Counted from the stretch's first letter, positions 10,468 to 20,860 are shown. The stretch: 64,000 nt of DNA from Deltaproteobacteria bacterium (GCA_030690165.1 JAUYHF010000007.1:26722-90721); one strand, 5' to 3'. The notes: generated by a model from the letters alone, not told the origin. Numbers and translations are program-made.

Positions 10468-11745
10468 ATGAAACTACATAAAGTTATAAAGATTTTTCTA
10501 ATTTCTTTTTTGCTGATCCCTGATCCCAGACCCCTGACCCCTGCTTTTGCCCAGGAACCCTTATCAGTCAATGCGCTGATAGTTGAGGCAATGGCAAATA
10601 ATCCTGAGCTTCAGGCATTCAGGGAAAAGATTAAGGCAAAGGAATTCGCAGCAAGGGTTGAAGGGGTGTTGGATGACCCGACTTTTAAAGTGGAGATAGA
10701 GGATATAGCAAAGGATAGACCTTTCAATCTTGGCGATTCAATGCAGACCCGCTATACATTCAGCCAGATGTTTCCCTTTCCGGGCAAGCTCTCTTTAAAA
10801 CAAAGTATTGCCTTGAAAGATGTTTTAATATCAGGGGCGGAGCTTAAAAATAAAGAGCTTGAAATAACAGCGATGGTAAAGGATGTTTATTATGATTACG
10901 CATTCATAAATGAATCCATAAAGATAATGTATGAGATAAAGGATGTCCTTTCATATATGGCTGATGTGGCGCAGGTGAAATATTCAACAGGCCATGTTAC
11001 GCAGCAGGATGTTTTGAAGATTCAGACTGAGTTGACAATGCTAACAAATGAGATTATCTCCCTTGAGGCTGAAAAAGAGGTTGCTGAGGCAAGGATAAAA
11101 TCCATTCTCAATAGAAGTCAGGATGCAGTTCTTGGCGACCCTGGAAGAATAAAAAAAGACAGGATTAAAATTGATACGGCACAGCTTATGACTATGGCTT
11201 TGCAGAAAAATCCGGCTATAAAGGCTATGGAGTATGAGACCCAGGCCAATGAATTAAATGTGGGATTGGCAAAAAAGAATTATTATCCGGATTTTATGCT
11301 CGGTGTTGCGCCAATTCAGAGGGATGGCAGGTTTGAAAGCTGGGACCTTATGCTTCAGGTAAATATACCCCTCTGGAGGAGCAAATACGATAACCAGACC
11401 AGAGAGGCGCAGGCAAATACTAATGTGTTTAAATCCAGATTGAATGCCGAGAAAAACCTGAAAGGGTTTGATGTTAAATCCGCTGCTGTCAAGGTGGAGG
11501 CAGCAGAGAGGATAACGACCCTTTATGAGACGAGCCTCCTTCCTCAGGTGGAGTTGTCCTTTGAGTCTGCCATGAAAAATTATCAATCAGGCAAGATTGA
11601 TTTTATATCGCTTCTTGACGCTGAGCGGACTCTGAAAAGGACAAAGATAGAATATCTCAATTCCATTACGGATTACAGGAAGAAGATAGCCATGTTGGAG
11701 AAGGTTGTGGGGGAAGAGTTGGATACAGTGGACAGTGGTAAGTGA
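10468..11745 (+). CDS. cusC: TolC-family outer-membrane efflux protein (CusC-like)
   Basis: 425 aa, signal peptide, two OEP repeats. First gene of a three-gene heavy-metal RND operon. Confidence 0.85.
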   Translation: MKLHKVIKIFLISFLLIPDPRPLTPAFAQEPLSVNALIVEAMANNPELQAFREKIKAKEFAARVEGVLDDPTFKVEIEDIAKDRPFNLGDSMQTRYTFSQMFPFPGKLSLKQSIALKDVLISGAELKNKELEITAMVKDVYYDYAFINESIKIMYEIKDVLSYMADVAQVKYSTGHVTQQDVLKIQTELTMLTNEIISLEAEKEVAEARIKSILNRSQDAVLGDPGRIKKDRIKIDTAQLMTMALQKNPAIKAMEYETQANELNVGLAKKNYYPDFMLGVAPIQRDGRFESWDLMLQVNIPLWRSKYDNQTREAQANTNVFKSRLNAEKNLKGFDVKSAAVKVEAAERITTLYETSLLPQVELSFESAMKNYQSGKIDFISLLDAERTLKRTKIEYLNSITDYRKKIAMLEKVVGEELDTVDSGK

Positions 11746-11825
11746 TCAGTGGACAGTAAAATTATAAACCCCGTTAGAAAGCTCGTATGAGGCTTTATTT
11801 CTAATGGGGTAAAGGAGAAAGGGCG

Positions 11826-13112
11826 ATGAAGCGATTTTTAGCAATTTTATTCCTTTTAATAGCCGTTGCTATTGCGGCTGGAGTTGGATGGTATTTCTTT
11901 TATAATAAAAAGCCGCAGCTTGCAGAAATCCCTGTGGTCAAGGAACGCAAGGCTTTATTTTACCGCCATCCCATGAACCCATCTGTAACATCCCCTGTGC
12001 CAAAGAAGGATGAGATGGAAATGGATTTTATACCTGTTTATGAGGAGGAGGCAGCAGAGGCAGAAGCGCCAGGCGCTGTTATGATAAGTACTGAGAAGAT
12101 TCAAAAGATAGGTGTGAAAATAGAAGAGGTAAAGAGACGCACACTCAAGAGAACGATAAAGACTGTTGGCAGGGTTGAACATGACGAGGCAAGGGTCTTT
12201 AATATCAATGCAAAGGTTGGCGGCTGGATTGAAAAACTTTATGTAAATAGGACTGACCTGATGGTTCATCCAGGTGAAAAACTCCTTGAATTATACAGCC
12301 CTGAATTAGTTTCAACGCAGGAGGAATATCTCCTTGCAATAAAGGTAAAGGAAAGGGTTAAGGACAGTCCGTCTGAGGAGGTTAAAAAGGGCGCGGATTC
12401 CCTTGTGGAGGCGGCAAAAAAGAGGCTTAAATACTGGGATATTTCAGATGAACAGGTAAAGAGGCTTGAGGGAGAAGGGCGGATTACAAGGACGATGGCT
12501 ATCCTTGCCCCTGCCCAAGGGATTGTGACAGAGAAGATGATAAACGAGGGGCAGAAGATAGAGGCAGGCGAGATGCTCTTTAAGATTATAGACCATTCTC
12601 GGGTATGGGTGTATGGCGAGGTATATGAATATGAACTTCCTTTTGTAAAGATAGGGCAGACGGCAAGGATAATTCCATCTTATACACCGGCAGAAATCTA
12701 TACCGCTACTATCAGCCACATTTATACACATTTGGGCAGTATAAGGCATGAAGGGGGGGCAGGAATGGAAGATGCAAGGACCGCCAAGATAAGATTTGAC
12801 CTTCCCAATCTCCGGCATAAGCTAAAGCTTGGCATGTATGTGAATGTGGAACTTGCAGTGGATGTGGCAAAAAATGCCATTGCAGCGCCAGACTCTGCCC
12901 TGATAGATACAGGTGTCCGACAGGTGGTAATCGTAGATAAAGGGGACGGGAGGTTCGAGCCAAGGGAGGTGAAGGTCGGCGCGCAGGGAGATGGATATTA
13001 CCAGATTATCTCAGGCGTAAAAGAAGGCGAGAAGGTTGTTACATCTGCCAATTTTCTCATAGATTCCGAATCAAGCTTCAGGGCAGCGCTGCAGGGGATG
13101 AAAGGGCATTAA
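11826..13112 (+). CDS. cusB: RND periplasmic adaptor subunit (CusB-like)
   Basis: 428 aa, N-terminal TM anchor, Met-rich N-terminal segment (KKDEMEMDFIPVY), HlyD/barrel-sandwich pattern. Stop abuts the cusA start. Confidence 0.85.
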   Translation: MKRFLAILFLLIAVAIAAGVGWYFFYNKKPQLAEIPVVKERKALFYRHPMNPSVTSPVPKKDEMEMDFIPVYEEEAAEAEAPGAVMISTEKIQKIGVKIEEVKRRTLKRTIKTVGRVEHDEARVFNINAKVGGWIEKLYVNRTDLMVHPGEKLLELYSPELVSTQEEYLLAIKVKERVKDSPSEEVKKGADSLVEAAKKRLKYWDISDEQVKRLEGEGRITRTMAILAPAQGIVTEKMINEGQKIEAGEMLFKIIDHSRVWVYGEVYEYELPFVKIGQTARIIPSYTPAEIYTATISHIYTHLGSIRHEGGAGMEDARTAKIRFDLPNLRHKLKLGMYVNVELAVDVAKNAIAAPDSALIDTGVRQVVIVDKGDGRFEPREVKVGAQGDGYYQIISGVKEGEKVVTSANFLIDSESSFRAALQGMKGH

Positions 13113-16100
13113 ATGTTAAAAAAAATTATTGAGCTTTCCATAAACAACAAACTCATCATCCTCCTCTTTACCCTCTTTGCAGTCGGATGGGGTATATGGG
13201 CTGTTTACCGCATGCCGCTTGATGCAATACCTGACCTCTCTGATGTCCAGGTTATAATCTATACGGAATACCCCGGACAGGCCCCTCAGGTTGTGGAAGA
13301 CCAGATTACCTATCCATTGACAACCGCCATGCTCGCTGTGCCGAAATCAAAGGTAGTAAGGGGCTTTTCATTCTTCGGCGTTTCATTTGTATATATCATT
13401 TTTGAAGATGGCACAGACATATACTGGGCAAGGTCAAGGGTGCTGGAATATCTTAATTTTGCATCCGGCAAACTCCCCAAAGGTGTAACGCCTTCACTCG
13501 GCCCTGACGCAACGGGTGTTGGCTGGGTATTTCAATACTCCATAGAAGGCAAAGGTTATAGCCTTGCAGAACTCCGCAGCATCCAGGACTGGTATATCCG
13601 CTATCAGCTTACAAAGGTCCCTGGGGTATCAGAGGTTGCATCTATCGGCGGTTTTGTCAAACAGTATCAGGTGAATGTAGACCCTAATAAACTCCTCATC
13701 TATAACATATCGCTAAAGGATGTAATTGAATCGATCAAGATGGGGAACATGGATGTTGGCGGAAGGGTCGTGGAGCTTGCAGAGCGTGAATACATGGTGA
13801 GGGGCCTCGGCTATATCAAAAATATTCCTGATATAGAAAATATTGTTTTAAAGGTTGACAGGAGCGGCACGCCAATCAGGATAAAGGATGTGGCAAGGGT
13901 TGAACTTGGTCCTGATGAGAGAAGGGGGATTGTGGAGAGGGATGGCGAGGGCGAGGTAGTTAGCGGCATAGTTGTAATGCGGTTTGGTGAGAATGCCCTA
14001 AGAGTGATAGATGATGTTAAGAACAAGATAGAGGAGCTAAAGCCGGGTCTGCCGCCTGACGTTCATATTATCACAACTTATGACAGGAGCAGCCTCATCC
14101 ATCGGGCCATTGCAACACTCAAGGAAAAACTTATAGAAGAATTCATTGTCGTTTCCATCGTATGTATCATCTTCCTCCTGCATTTCAGGTCTGCACTTGT
14201 TGCCATTCTTGTGCTGCCGGTGTCCATCCTCATATCCTTCATCGTGATGCACTATCTTAAAATAAACATGAATATCATGAGTCTTGGCGGCATTGCCATT
14301 GCCATCGGCGCAATGATAGACGGCGCCATTGTGATGATTGAAAATGCACACAAGCATCTTGAAAGGGATAAAGGAAAGAAGGAGCATTGGCAAATTATCG
14401 CTGATGCCGCAAAAGAGGTTGGCCCGCCATTATTTTTCTCCCTCCTTATTATTACGGTTTCATTTATGCCTGTATTTACGCTTGAGGCGCAGGAGGGTCG
14501 GCTCTTTAAACCCCTTGCATTCACAAAGACATTTGCCATGGCAGCATCTGCGCTCTTGTCTGTAACACTCGTGCCTGTGCTTATGGGGTTTTTTATCAGG
14601 GGACGGATCATCCCTGAGCATAAAAACCCCATCACCAGGCTGATGACATGGATATACAGGCCTGCTATTAAGCTTGTCCTCAGGGCAAAAATTACAACCA
14701 TACTGATTGCCGCCATGGCTCTTGGCGCCACAATCTATCCTTTAAGCAAACTGGGAACCGAATTTATGCCTACGCTCTACGAAGGCTCGCTTATGTTTAT
14801 GACAGCCACACTTCCGGGTGTGTCAGTAACAAAGATAAATGAACTCCTCCAGACAACAGATAGAATAATAAAGTCATTCCCAGAGGTTGAGCAGGTCTTT
14901 GGTAAAGTAGGCAGGGCGCAGACGGCAACAGACCCAGCGCCCCTTGAGATGTTTGAGACAATTATAAACCTGAAGCCTGAAAAAGAGTGGCGTCCCGGCA
15001 TGACTGTGGACAAGCTTATTCAGGAGATGAGCGCAGCCCTTGAGACGCCGGGTCTTCCAATCCAGTGGTCAATGCCTATTAAAAACAGGGTGGATATGCT
15101 TGCAACAGGCATAAGGACGCCTGTTGGCGTGAAGGTATTTGGAAAGGATTTAAACACAATAGAAAAACTTGCAGCAGAGATTGAGGCAGTTTTGAAAGGT
15201 GTGCCGGGCACATCAAGCGCTTATGCGGAGAGGATTATCGGCGGATATTATGTTGATATAAAGATAAAAAGGGATGAGGCGGCAAGATATGGGTTAAAGG
15301 TTGAGGATATACAGCAGATTATTATGTCTGCTATAGGCGGAGAGAATATAACAACAACAGTTGAAGGGGTTGAGAGGTATCCTATAAATGTCAGATATAA
15401 GAGGGAATTCAGGGACAATATGGATAAGATTGGAAGGGTATTTGTTCCAACAATGACGGGACAGCCCATACCCCTCTCGCAGGTCGCTGATATAACCTTG
15501 AGCAAAGGCGTTGGAGGAATTAAAACAGAGAATGCCTTGCTTAATACATGGATATATGTTGATGTCAGGGACAGGGATATTGGCAGTTATGTTAGAGATG
15601 CAAAAAAGGTTGTGATACAAAATGTGAAATTCCCTGCGGGCTATTATGTAACATGGAGCGGCCAGTATGAATATATGGAAAGGGCTTATGCGAAGCTTAA
15701 ATATATTGTTCCGCTCACACTTATGATAATATTCCTTCTGCTGTATTTCAATTTCAAGTCAGTCACCGAATGTCTCATAATCCTGCTCGCTATCCCTTTT
15801 TCAATAATCGGCTCTGCCTGGATACTCTATATTTTGGGCTATAATATAAGCATCGCTGTTGTCGTGGGCTTTATAGCCCTTGCGGGTCTGGACGCGGAGA
15901 CGGGTGTTATCATGCTCATCTATCTTGACGGGGCATACAAGAAACGAAAGGAAGAGGGGAAGATGAACACTAATGCCGACCTCTATGATGCCATAATGGA
16001 CGGCGCTGTGAACAGGATAAGGCCAAAGGTAATGACGATAACGGCTATTATTGCAGGACTACTGCCTATCATGTGGAGCGCAGGCACAGGCGCTGAAGTG

Positions 16101-16238
16101 ATGAAGCGGATAGCAGCGCCAATGGTAGGCGGGATGGTAACATCAGGACTGCTGGAACTCCTTGTGATCCCGGCCGTATATGCGCTGTGGAAGGGATGGG
16201 GGATGAAGCAGGGAGCTGATGTTTATTCCAAAGACTGA
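13113..16238 (+). CDS. cusA: CusA/CzcA-family heavy-metal efflux RND pump
   Basis: 1041 aa, 12-TM RND architecture; C-terminal GAEVMKRIAAPMVGGMVTS resembles CusA. Confidence 0.9.
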   Translation: MLKKIIELSINNKLIILLFTLFAVGWGIWAVYRMPLDAIPDLSDVQVIIYTEYPGQAPQVVEDQITYPLTTAMLAVPKSKVVRGFSFFGVSFVYIIFEDGTDIYWARSRVLEYLNFASGKLPKGVTPSLGPDATGVGWVFQYSIEGKGYSLAELRSIQDWYIRYQLTKVPGVSEVASIGGFVKQYQVNVDPNKLLIYNISLKDVIESIKMGNMDVGGRVVELAEREYMVRGLGYIKNIPDIENIVLKVDRSGTPIRIKDVARVELGPDERRGIVERDGEGEVVSGIVVMRFGENALRVIDDVKNKIEELKPGLPPDVHIITTYDRSSLIHRAIATLKEKLIEEFIVVSIVCIIFLLHFRSALVAILVLPVSILISFIVMHYLKINMNIMSLGGIAIAIGAMIDGAIVMIENAHKHLERDKGKKEHWQIIADAAKEVGPPLFFSLLIITVSFMPVFTLEAQEGRLFKPLAFTKTFAMAASALLSVTLVPVLMGFFIRGRIIPEHKNPITRLMTWIYRPAIKLVLRAKITTILIAAMALGATIYPLSKLGTEFMPTLYEGSLMFMTATLPGVSVTKINELLQTTDRIIKSFPEVEQVFGKVGRAQTATDPAPLEMFETIINLKPEKEWRPGMTVDKLIQEMSAALETPGLPIQWSMPIKNRVDMLATGIRTPVGVKVFGKDLNTIEKLAAEIEAVLKGVPGTSSAYAERIIGGYYVDIKIKRDEAARYGLKVEDIQQIIMSAIGGENITTTVEGVERYPINVRYKREFRDNMDKIGRVFVPTMTGQPIPLSQVADITLSKGVGGIKTENALLNTWIYVDVRDRDIGSYVRDAKKVVIQNVKFPAGYYVTWSGQYEYMERAYAKLKYIVPLTLMIIFLLLYFNFKSVTECLIILLAIPFSIIGSAWILYILGYNISIAVVVGFIALAGLDAETGVIMLIYLDGAYKKRKEEGKMNTNADLYDAIMDGAVNRIRPKVMTITAIIAGLLPIMWSAGTGAEVMKRIAAPMVGGMVTSGLLELLVIPAVYALWKGWGMKQGADVYSKD

Positions 16239-16255
16239 AAAGAGGAGGTAAACTT

Positions 16256-16426
16256 ATGGTTATTGATCCGGTTTGCAAAATGACTATTAGCGAGGAGAAA
16301 GCAATTGAAAAGACAGAATATAACAGCAAGACATATTATTTCTGCGGTAAGGGTTGTAAGGATAGGTTTGAGAAAGAGCCTGAGAAGTATCTCCGTGGAG
16401 AGAAGAAGGATTGGATTAAGGAATGA
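16256..16426 (+). CDS. YHS/TRASH-domain metal-binding protein (56 aa; below ORF-track cutoff)
   Basis: AGGAGG RBS then MVIDPVCKMTISEEKAIEKTEYNSKTYYFCGKGCKDRFEKEPEKYL: the DPVC-x-M...YYFC-x2-C YHS pattern. Same motif as the CopA N-terminus. Confidence 0.85.
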   Translation: MVIDPVCKMTISEEKAIEKTEYNSKTYYFCGKGCKDRFEKEPEKYLRGEKKDWIKE

Positions 16427-16438
16427 ATAGGAAGGGAG

Positions 16439-16768
16439 GTGGTAAACGGAAGGCTTGATTCAGCAGGGTTGTTAATCGTTTGGCTAAGGAGGAAGTATGT
16501 TAAACTCAAAGGCTGTTTCATTAAGTTTTGCTGTAACTATGAGATTTTTTATCTTGTGTGCGCCTTTTTTTCTTACCTGTTTCCTAATGGTATATTGCTC
16601 CTTTTCAATACATGGGCGCATAGCATTAACCTTACAAAAATTGCCTCAACAAAGCCGCCAATGTTTATAGATTTCTTTATAGGATTTATAAGTATTTTCG
16701 TTTTTTCATATATTACAGGGGCAATCTTTACAGGTATATATAATGCTGTTGTTAAGAGGATAGGCTGA
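16439..16768 (+). pseudogene. small 2-TM membrane protein (DUF5676-like by recollection), apparently split by a -1 frameshift in a T-run
   Basis: ATG 16497 gives MLNSKAVSLSFAVTMRFFILCA..., which then stops after 57 codons. The listed frame (GTG 16439) carries the conserved-looking C-half FIDFFIGFISIFVFSYITGAIFTGIYNAV. The frames cross near the T6/T7 runs at about 16545-16571. Confidence 0.45.
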
Positions 16769-16769
16769 T

Positions 16770-17408
16770 ATGCACGGTGACGATATATCATACGCTTATG
16801 GTTTCTGGTCTTTGGTCATAGTCAATATTGCCCTGTTCGCATTTTTTATCTTAAGCTATTTGGCCCCGGTCAAGAAGCGGGAATGGCGTTCAATGGGCGT
16901 AACACTGGCCTTTTTTGTTGCCCTGTTTACAGAGATGTATGGTTTCCCGCTCACCATCTATATCATTACAGGTGTCCTTGGCAGCAGGTATCCTGCGCTG
17001 AATCCATTTTCTCATGCAAGCGGACATCTGTGGCTTGCATTTCTCGGCGGCGGGGCAATGATGATGACAGTTATTCATCTAATCAGTAATGGTTTAACCA
17101 TCATAGGTTTTGTAATAATGTGGAATGGATGGAAATTGATACATGGCGCAAAGGGCGGATTTGTGACAGAAGGGACTTACGCATATGTTAGACATCCGCA
17201 GTATTCAGGACTTTTTCTCATAATGATAGGCATGCTCATCCAGTGGCCTACCATCATAACAGCCCTGATGTTTCCTGTGCTTGTCTTTATTTATTACCGC
17301 TTGTCAAAGAGGGAAGAAGGCGAGATGATTAAGACATTCGGAGAAGAATATAAACAATACGCGGAAAGGGTTCCGATGTTTATCCCAAATATTAGGAAGA
17401 CAGAATAA
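16770..17408 (+). CDS. isoprenylcysteine carboxyl methyltransferase (ICMT)/phospholipid methyltransferase-family membrane protein
   Basis: Polytopic; [27 protein letters not shown]...[21 protein letters not shown] is the ICMT-family C-terminal signature. Confidence 0.8.
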   Translation: MHGDDISYAYGFWSLVIVNIALFAFFILSYLAPVKKREWRSMGVTLAFFVALFTEMYGFPLTIYIITGVLGSRYPALNPFSHASGHLWLAFLGGGAMMMTVIHLISNGLTIIGFVIMWNGWKLIHGAKGGFVTEGTYAYVRHPQYSGLFLIMIGMLIQWPTIITALMFPVLVFIYYRLSKREEGEMIKTFGEEYKQYAERVPMFIPNIRKTE

Positions 17409-17421
17409 CAGGAGGTTAATT

Positions 17422-19827
17422 ATGGCTATTGATCCGGTTTGCGGGATGACAGTTGATGAAAAAAAGGCCGCAGGCAAAAGCGTCTTCAATGGGCAGAGCA
17501 TATACTTCTGCTCTGTTAATTGCAAGGGGCGTTTTGATGCTGACCCTGAGTCATTCATGTCTTTGGCGCAGGGCAAAAAAGAATCTCATGCTGCAATGAC
17601 GGCTGCCGGGGCAGGCATCCATGAAACCGCCAAAGACCAAATCTGCGGGATGGTGGTGGATAAGAATAAGTCTCTCAAAACAGAAGTTGGCGGCAGGACA
17701 TATTATTTCTGCAGCGACGGCTGTTTAAGGACATTTGAGGCGCCTGAGGCGGAGCTAAAGAGTTTAAAGAGAAGGGTATCTATTGCAATGCTGGGTGTCC
17801 TTGCTTTAGCTATATTAAGGGCAGGTTTCTTTTTAGGTCTTGCAACAGGCGCAACCATTGTTACATGGGCGCCTATCCCGCAACTTCCATGGTTTACATG
17901 GGGTGTATGGCTATTTATTCTTGTAACCCCTGTCCAGTTCTTAGGCGGCTGGAGTTTTTACAAAGGTTCTTACAATGCCATAAAAAACAGGATGATAAAC
18001 ATGGATATCCTGATTGCGCTTGGGACAACCGTTGCCTATATCTATTCGGTCATCGTGATATTTGCCCCTGATATTCTGCCTGTAAAGGTTCTGGAGAGGG
18101 ATGTATATTTTGAGGTCTCTGCCGTTATCATTGCATTTGTCCTCCTTGGAAAATATATGGAGGAGATTATAAAAAAGAGGTCTTCTGCCGCAGTAAGGAA
18201 ACTCATGGATTTAAGGCCTCAGACCGCAAGGGTCGTAAGGGACGGCAATGAGATGGAAATCCCCGCAGAATTTGTGAGAATAGACGATATTGTTGTTGTA
18301 AGACCTGGTGAAAAAATCCCGGCAGATGGTGTTGTGATAGAAGGCTCGTCCGCTGTGGATGAGAAGATGATAACAGGAGAGAGCATACCTGTAGAGAAAA
18401 AAACCGGCGATGAGGTTATCGGTGCCACAATCAACAAAACAGGAATGTTTAAGTTTAAGGCGGCAAAGGTTGGGGGAGAGACAACACTCTCTCAGATTAT
18501 AAAGATGGTTGAGGAGGCTCAGGCCTCATCGGCGCCGATTCAGAGGATTGCAGATAAGGCAACAGGCTATTTTGCGCCTGCTGTTGTTATTGCAGCTATA
18601 CTGTCATTTTTAGGCTGGTGGATTTCAGGAAATTTCCCTCAGGCCATTCTTTCATCCATCGCGGTATTGATAATTGCATGTCCATGCGCATTGGGTATTG
18701 CAACCCCTGCTGCCTTAATGGTTGGCGTTGGTAAAGGCGCCGAAGCGGGCATACTTATAAGGGGGGCTGAATATCTTGAAAGGGCGCAAAAACTTACAAC
18801 AATTGTTTTTGATAAGACAGGGACTTTGACAAAAGGAGAACCCTCGGTGACAGATATAGTAGCCAGGGGCCAGGGGTCAGGGGCCAGTGAGGATGAGATA
18901 CTGAAACTTGCGGCTATTGCCGAGAAAGGTTCTGAGCATCCCCTATCAGAGGCTATTTTAAATGCAGCGAAGATGAGAGGGATAGAAATTCCTGAACCTG
19001 AAACATTTGAGGCTATTCCGGGATATGGGGTAAAAGTCGGATACAAAACTCAAACCATACTTTTAGGCAACCGTAAGTTAATGGAAGCAAATAATGCCCA
19101 TGTTAAAGATATGGAAGAAAATATTGCAGGACTTGAAAAAGAGGGGAAGACAGTGATGATACTTGCTGTTAATCCCCCGACCCATCCTTCGGATGGGTTC
19201 CCCGCCCCCTTTAACAAAGGGGGAATAGAAGGGGGATTTTTAAAGGGTGGCGGAGGGGGGATTTTGGGTATCATAGCAGTTGCAGATACGCTCAAGGGGC
19301 ATTCAAAGGCCGCAGTCAGCGCCCTTAAAAAAGAGGGGATTGAGGTCATCATGCTTACAGGTGATAATGAAAGAACGGCAAATGCAATTGCAAAACAGGT
19401 CGGCATAGAAAATGTTATTGCAAATGTGCTTCCGGGAGAAAAGGCAGGTGTAATAAAAGGGCTTCAGACTAAAGGGAAAGTTGTGGCAATGGTTGGTGAC
19501 GGCATTAACGATGCGCCGGCGCTTGCGCAGTCTGACATTGGCATTGCAATAGGAAGCGGCTCTGATGTTGCTAAAGAGACAGGTGGGATAATACTTGTAA
19601 AGGATGACATAAGGGATGTTGTTGCAGGGATTAGACTATCAAAGGCAACAATGAGAAAGATAAAGCAGAATCTTTTTTGGGCGTTTATATACAATACGAT
19701 CGGCATTCCAATCGCAGCCTTTGGATTCTTAAATCCTATAATAGCGGCAGCGGCAATGGCCTTGAGTTCCCTTTCGGTAGTGGCTAATTCGGCTGCGCTT
19801 AAGACCTTCAGGGTCGAGGTGGAATGA
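17422..19827 (+). CDS. copA: Cu(I)/Ag(I)-type P1B ATPase with two N-terminal YHS/TRASH domains
   Basis: 801 aa; CPC ([12 protein letters not shown]), [19 protein letters not shown]. The N-terminus has DPVCGMTV...[11 protein letters not shown] and QICGMVV...[12 protein letters not shown] instead of HMA GMTCxxC. Atypical roughly 27-aa insert [32 protein letters not shown]. Confidence 0.93.
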   Translation: MAIDPVCGMTVDEKKAAGKSVFNGQSIYFCSVNCKGRFDADPESFMSLAQGKKESHAAMTAAGAGIHETAKDQICGMVVDKNKSLKTEVGGRTYYFCSDGCLRTFEAPEAELKSLKRRVSIAMLGVLALAILRAGFFLGLATGATIVTWAPIPQLPWFTWGVWLFILVTPVQFLGGWSFYKGSYNAIKNRMINMDILIALGTTVAYIYSVIVIFAPDILPVKVLERDVYFEVSAVIIAFVLLGKYMEEIIKKRSSAAVRKLMDLRPQTARVVRDGNEMEIPAEFVRIDDIVVVRPGEKIPADGVVIEGSSAVDEKMITGESIPVEKKTGDEVIGATINKTGMFKFKAAKVGGETTLSQIIKMVEEAQASSAPIQRIADKATGYFAPAVVIAAILSFLGWWISGNFPQAILSSIAVLIIACPCALGIATPAALMVGVGKGAEAGILIRGAEYLERAQKLTTIVFDKTGTLTKGEPSVTDIVARGQGSGASEDEILKLAAIAEKGSEHPLSEAILNAAKMRGIEIPEPETFEAIPGYGVKVGYKTQTILLGNRKLMEANNAHVKDMEENIAGLEKEGKTVMILAVNPPTHPSDGFPAPFNKGGIEGGFLKGGGGGILGIIAVADTLKGHSKAAVSALKKEGIEVIMLTGDNERTANAIAKQVGIENVIANVLPGEKAGVIKGLQTKGKVVAMVGDGINDAPALAQSDIGIAIGSGSDVAKETGGIILVKDDIRDVVAGIRLSKATMRKIKQNLFWAFIYNTIGIPIAAFGFLNPIIAAAAMALSSLSVVANSAALKTFRVEVE

Positions 19828-19938
19828 AAGAGGTGGCTGCGGATATATGGATATATTATAAATGGGAGGAAGGGAGATTAGAATGTTTGGAAGGTAATAC
19901 AAATCGTATGTGAGCAAAAAAAGAAAGGAGGTTATACC

Positions 19939-20175
19939 ATGATGGACGGTAGCGTGATGGGCGGAGGCATGGGGTTCTGGTCGCTTTTTGGAATGATCTT
20001 TTGGATTGTCTTGATTGCGGGGATTATCCTCCTGACGATATGGGTTATACAGAGAGCCGCAGGAGGTGGAACCGGCAAGGCCGAGGAGTCTGCCTTGGAA
20101 ATCTTAAAGAAACGGTATACCCGTGGGGAAATCTCAAAAGAAGAGTTTGAAGAGAAGAAACGGGATATTTTATAG
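19939..20175 (+). CDS. SHOCT-domain membrane protein
   Basis: 78 aa; one TM plus LEILKKRYTRGEISKEEFEEKKRDIL (SHOCT motif); GGAGG RBS. Confidence 0.8.
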   Translation: MMDGSVMGGGMGFWSLFGMIFWIVLIAGIILLTIWVIQRAAGGGTGKAEESALEILKKRYTRGEISKEEFEEKKRDIL

Positions 20176-20271
20176 AGGGGTCCTGTTATGCAGAAAAACG
20201 AGTTGAGATAACGGCCGTCGTGTTGATAGTTATGTTGGTTGTTACCCAGTCATATACGCATTATGGAAGGG

Positions 20272-20312
20272 GATTTGGATTAAAGAAAGATTAGCAATCC
20301 AAATCTTTTTTT
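20272..20312 (+). terminator. rho-independent terminator after the copA-SHOCT unit
   Basis: GATTTGGAT (20272-20280) pairs with ATCCAAATC (20297-20305), followed by T7 (20306-20312). Confidence 0.7.
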
Positions 20313-20352
20313 CTGCTGATACCCACCACTAAAAAATACCACAAAAAAATAC

Positions 20353-20384
20353 TTGACTTTATACCATAGTATAGGGTGTAAACT
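20353..20384 (+). promoter_or_regulatory. MerR-type promoter/operator (long spacer with dyad) in front of merR
   Basis: TTGACT (20353-20358), 20-nt spacer containing TATAC-CATA-GTATA, then TAAACT (20379-20384). The ATG at 20393 follows 8 nt later with no SD. Confidence 0.5.
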
Positions 20385-20392
20385 TAAATCAA

Positions 20393-20824
20393 ATGAATAA
20401 AAACCTCAACACAATAGGTAAACTGGCAAAGGCAGTTAATGTTAATGTGCAGACTATTCGCTATTATGAAAGGCTGGGGTTATTAATGCCTGCGGGCAGA
20501 AAGGAATCCTACAGGCAATCCGGATACCGTTTATACGACAAGTTGTCATTGAAGCGGTTACTTTTCATCCGTCATGCAAGGGAATTAGGTTTTACCCTGG
20601 AAGAGATTAAAGAACTTCTTAATCTCAGTGTTAGCCCCACTGCGAAGTGCGGAGATATAAGAAAGAAGGCAGAAGAAAGGCTGATGGATGTTAATAAAAA
20701 GATAGATGGGCTTGAGTCTATGCGAACGATTTTAAAGAGACTGATAAAGAGCTGCATGAGCAGAAAAGATACAGACCCATGTCCAATACTAAAGGCAATT
20801 GATGAAGACGGGTGGCAGGTATGA
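20393..20824 (+). CDS. merR: MerR-family metal-responsive regulator with Hg-type three-Cys spacing
   Basis: N-terminal HTH (IGKLAKAVNVNVQTIRYYERLGLL). Cys at residues 86, 121 and 130, i.e. spacings 35 and 9 as in Tn21/Tn501 MerR C82/C117/C126. Confidence 0.75.
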   Translation: MNKNLNTIGKLAKAVNVNVQTIRYYERLGLLMPAGRKESYRQSGYRLYDKLSLKRLLFIRHARELGFTLEEIKELLNLSVSPTAKCGDIRKKAEERLMDVNKKIDGLESMRTILKRLIKSCMSRKDTDPCPILKAIDEDGWQV

Positions 20825-20860
20825 AGCGATGGTTTATTGTGAAGAAAGGGGGTGAGTAAG

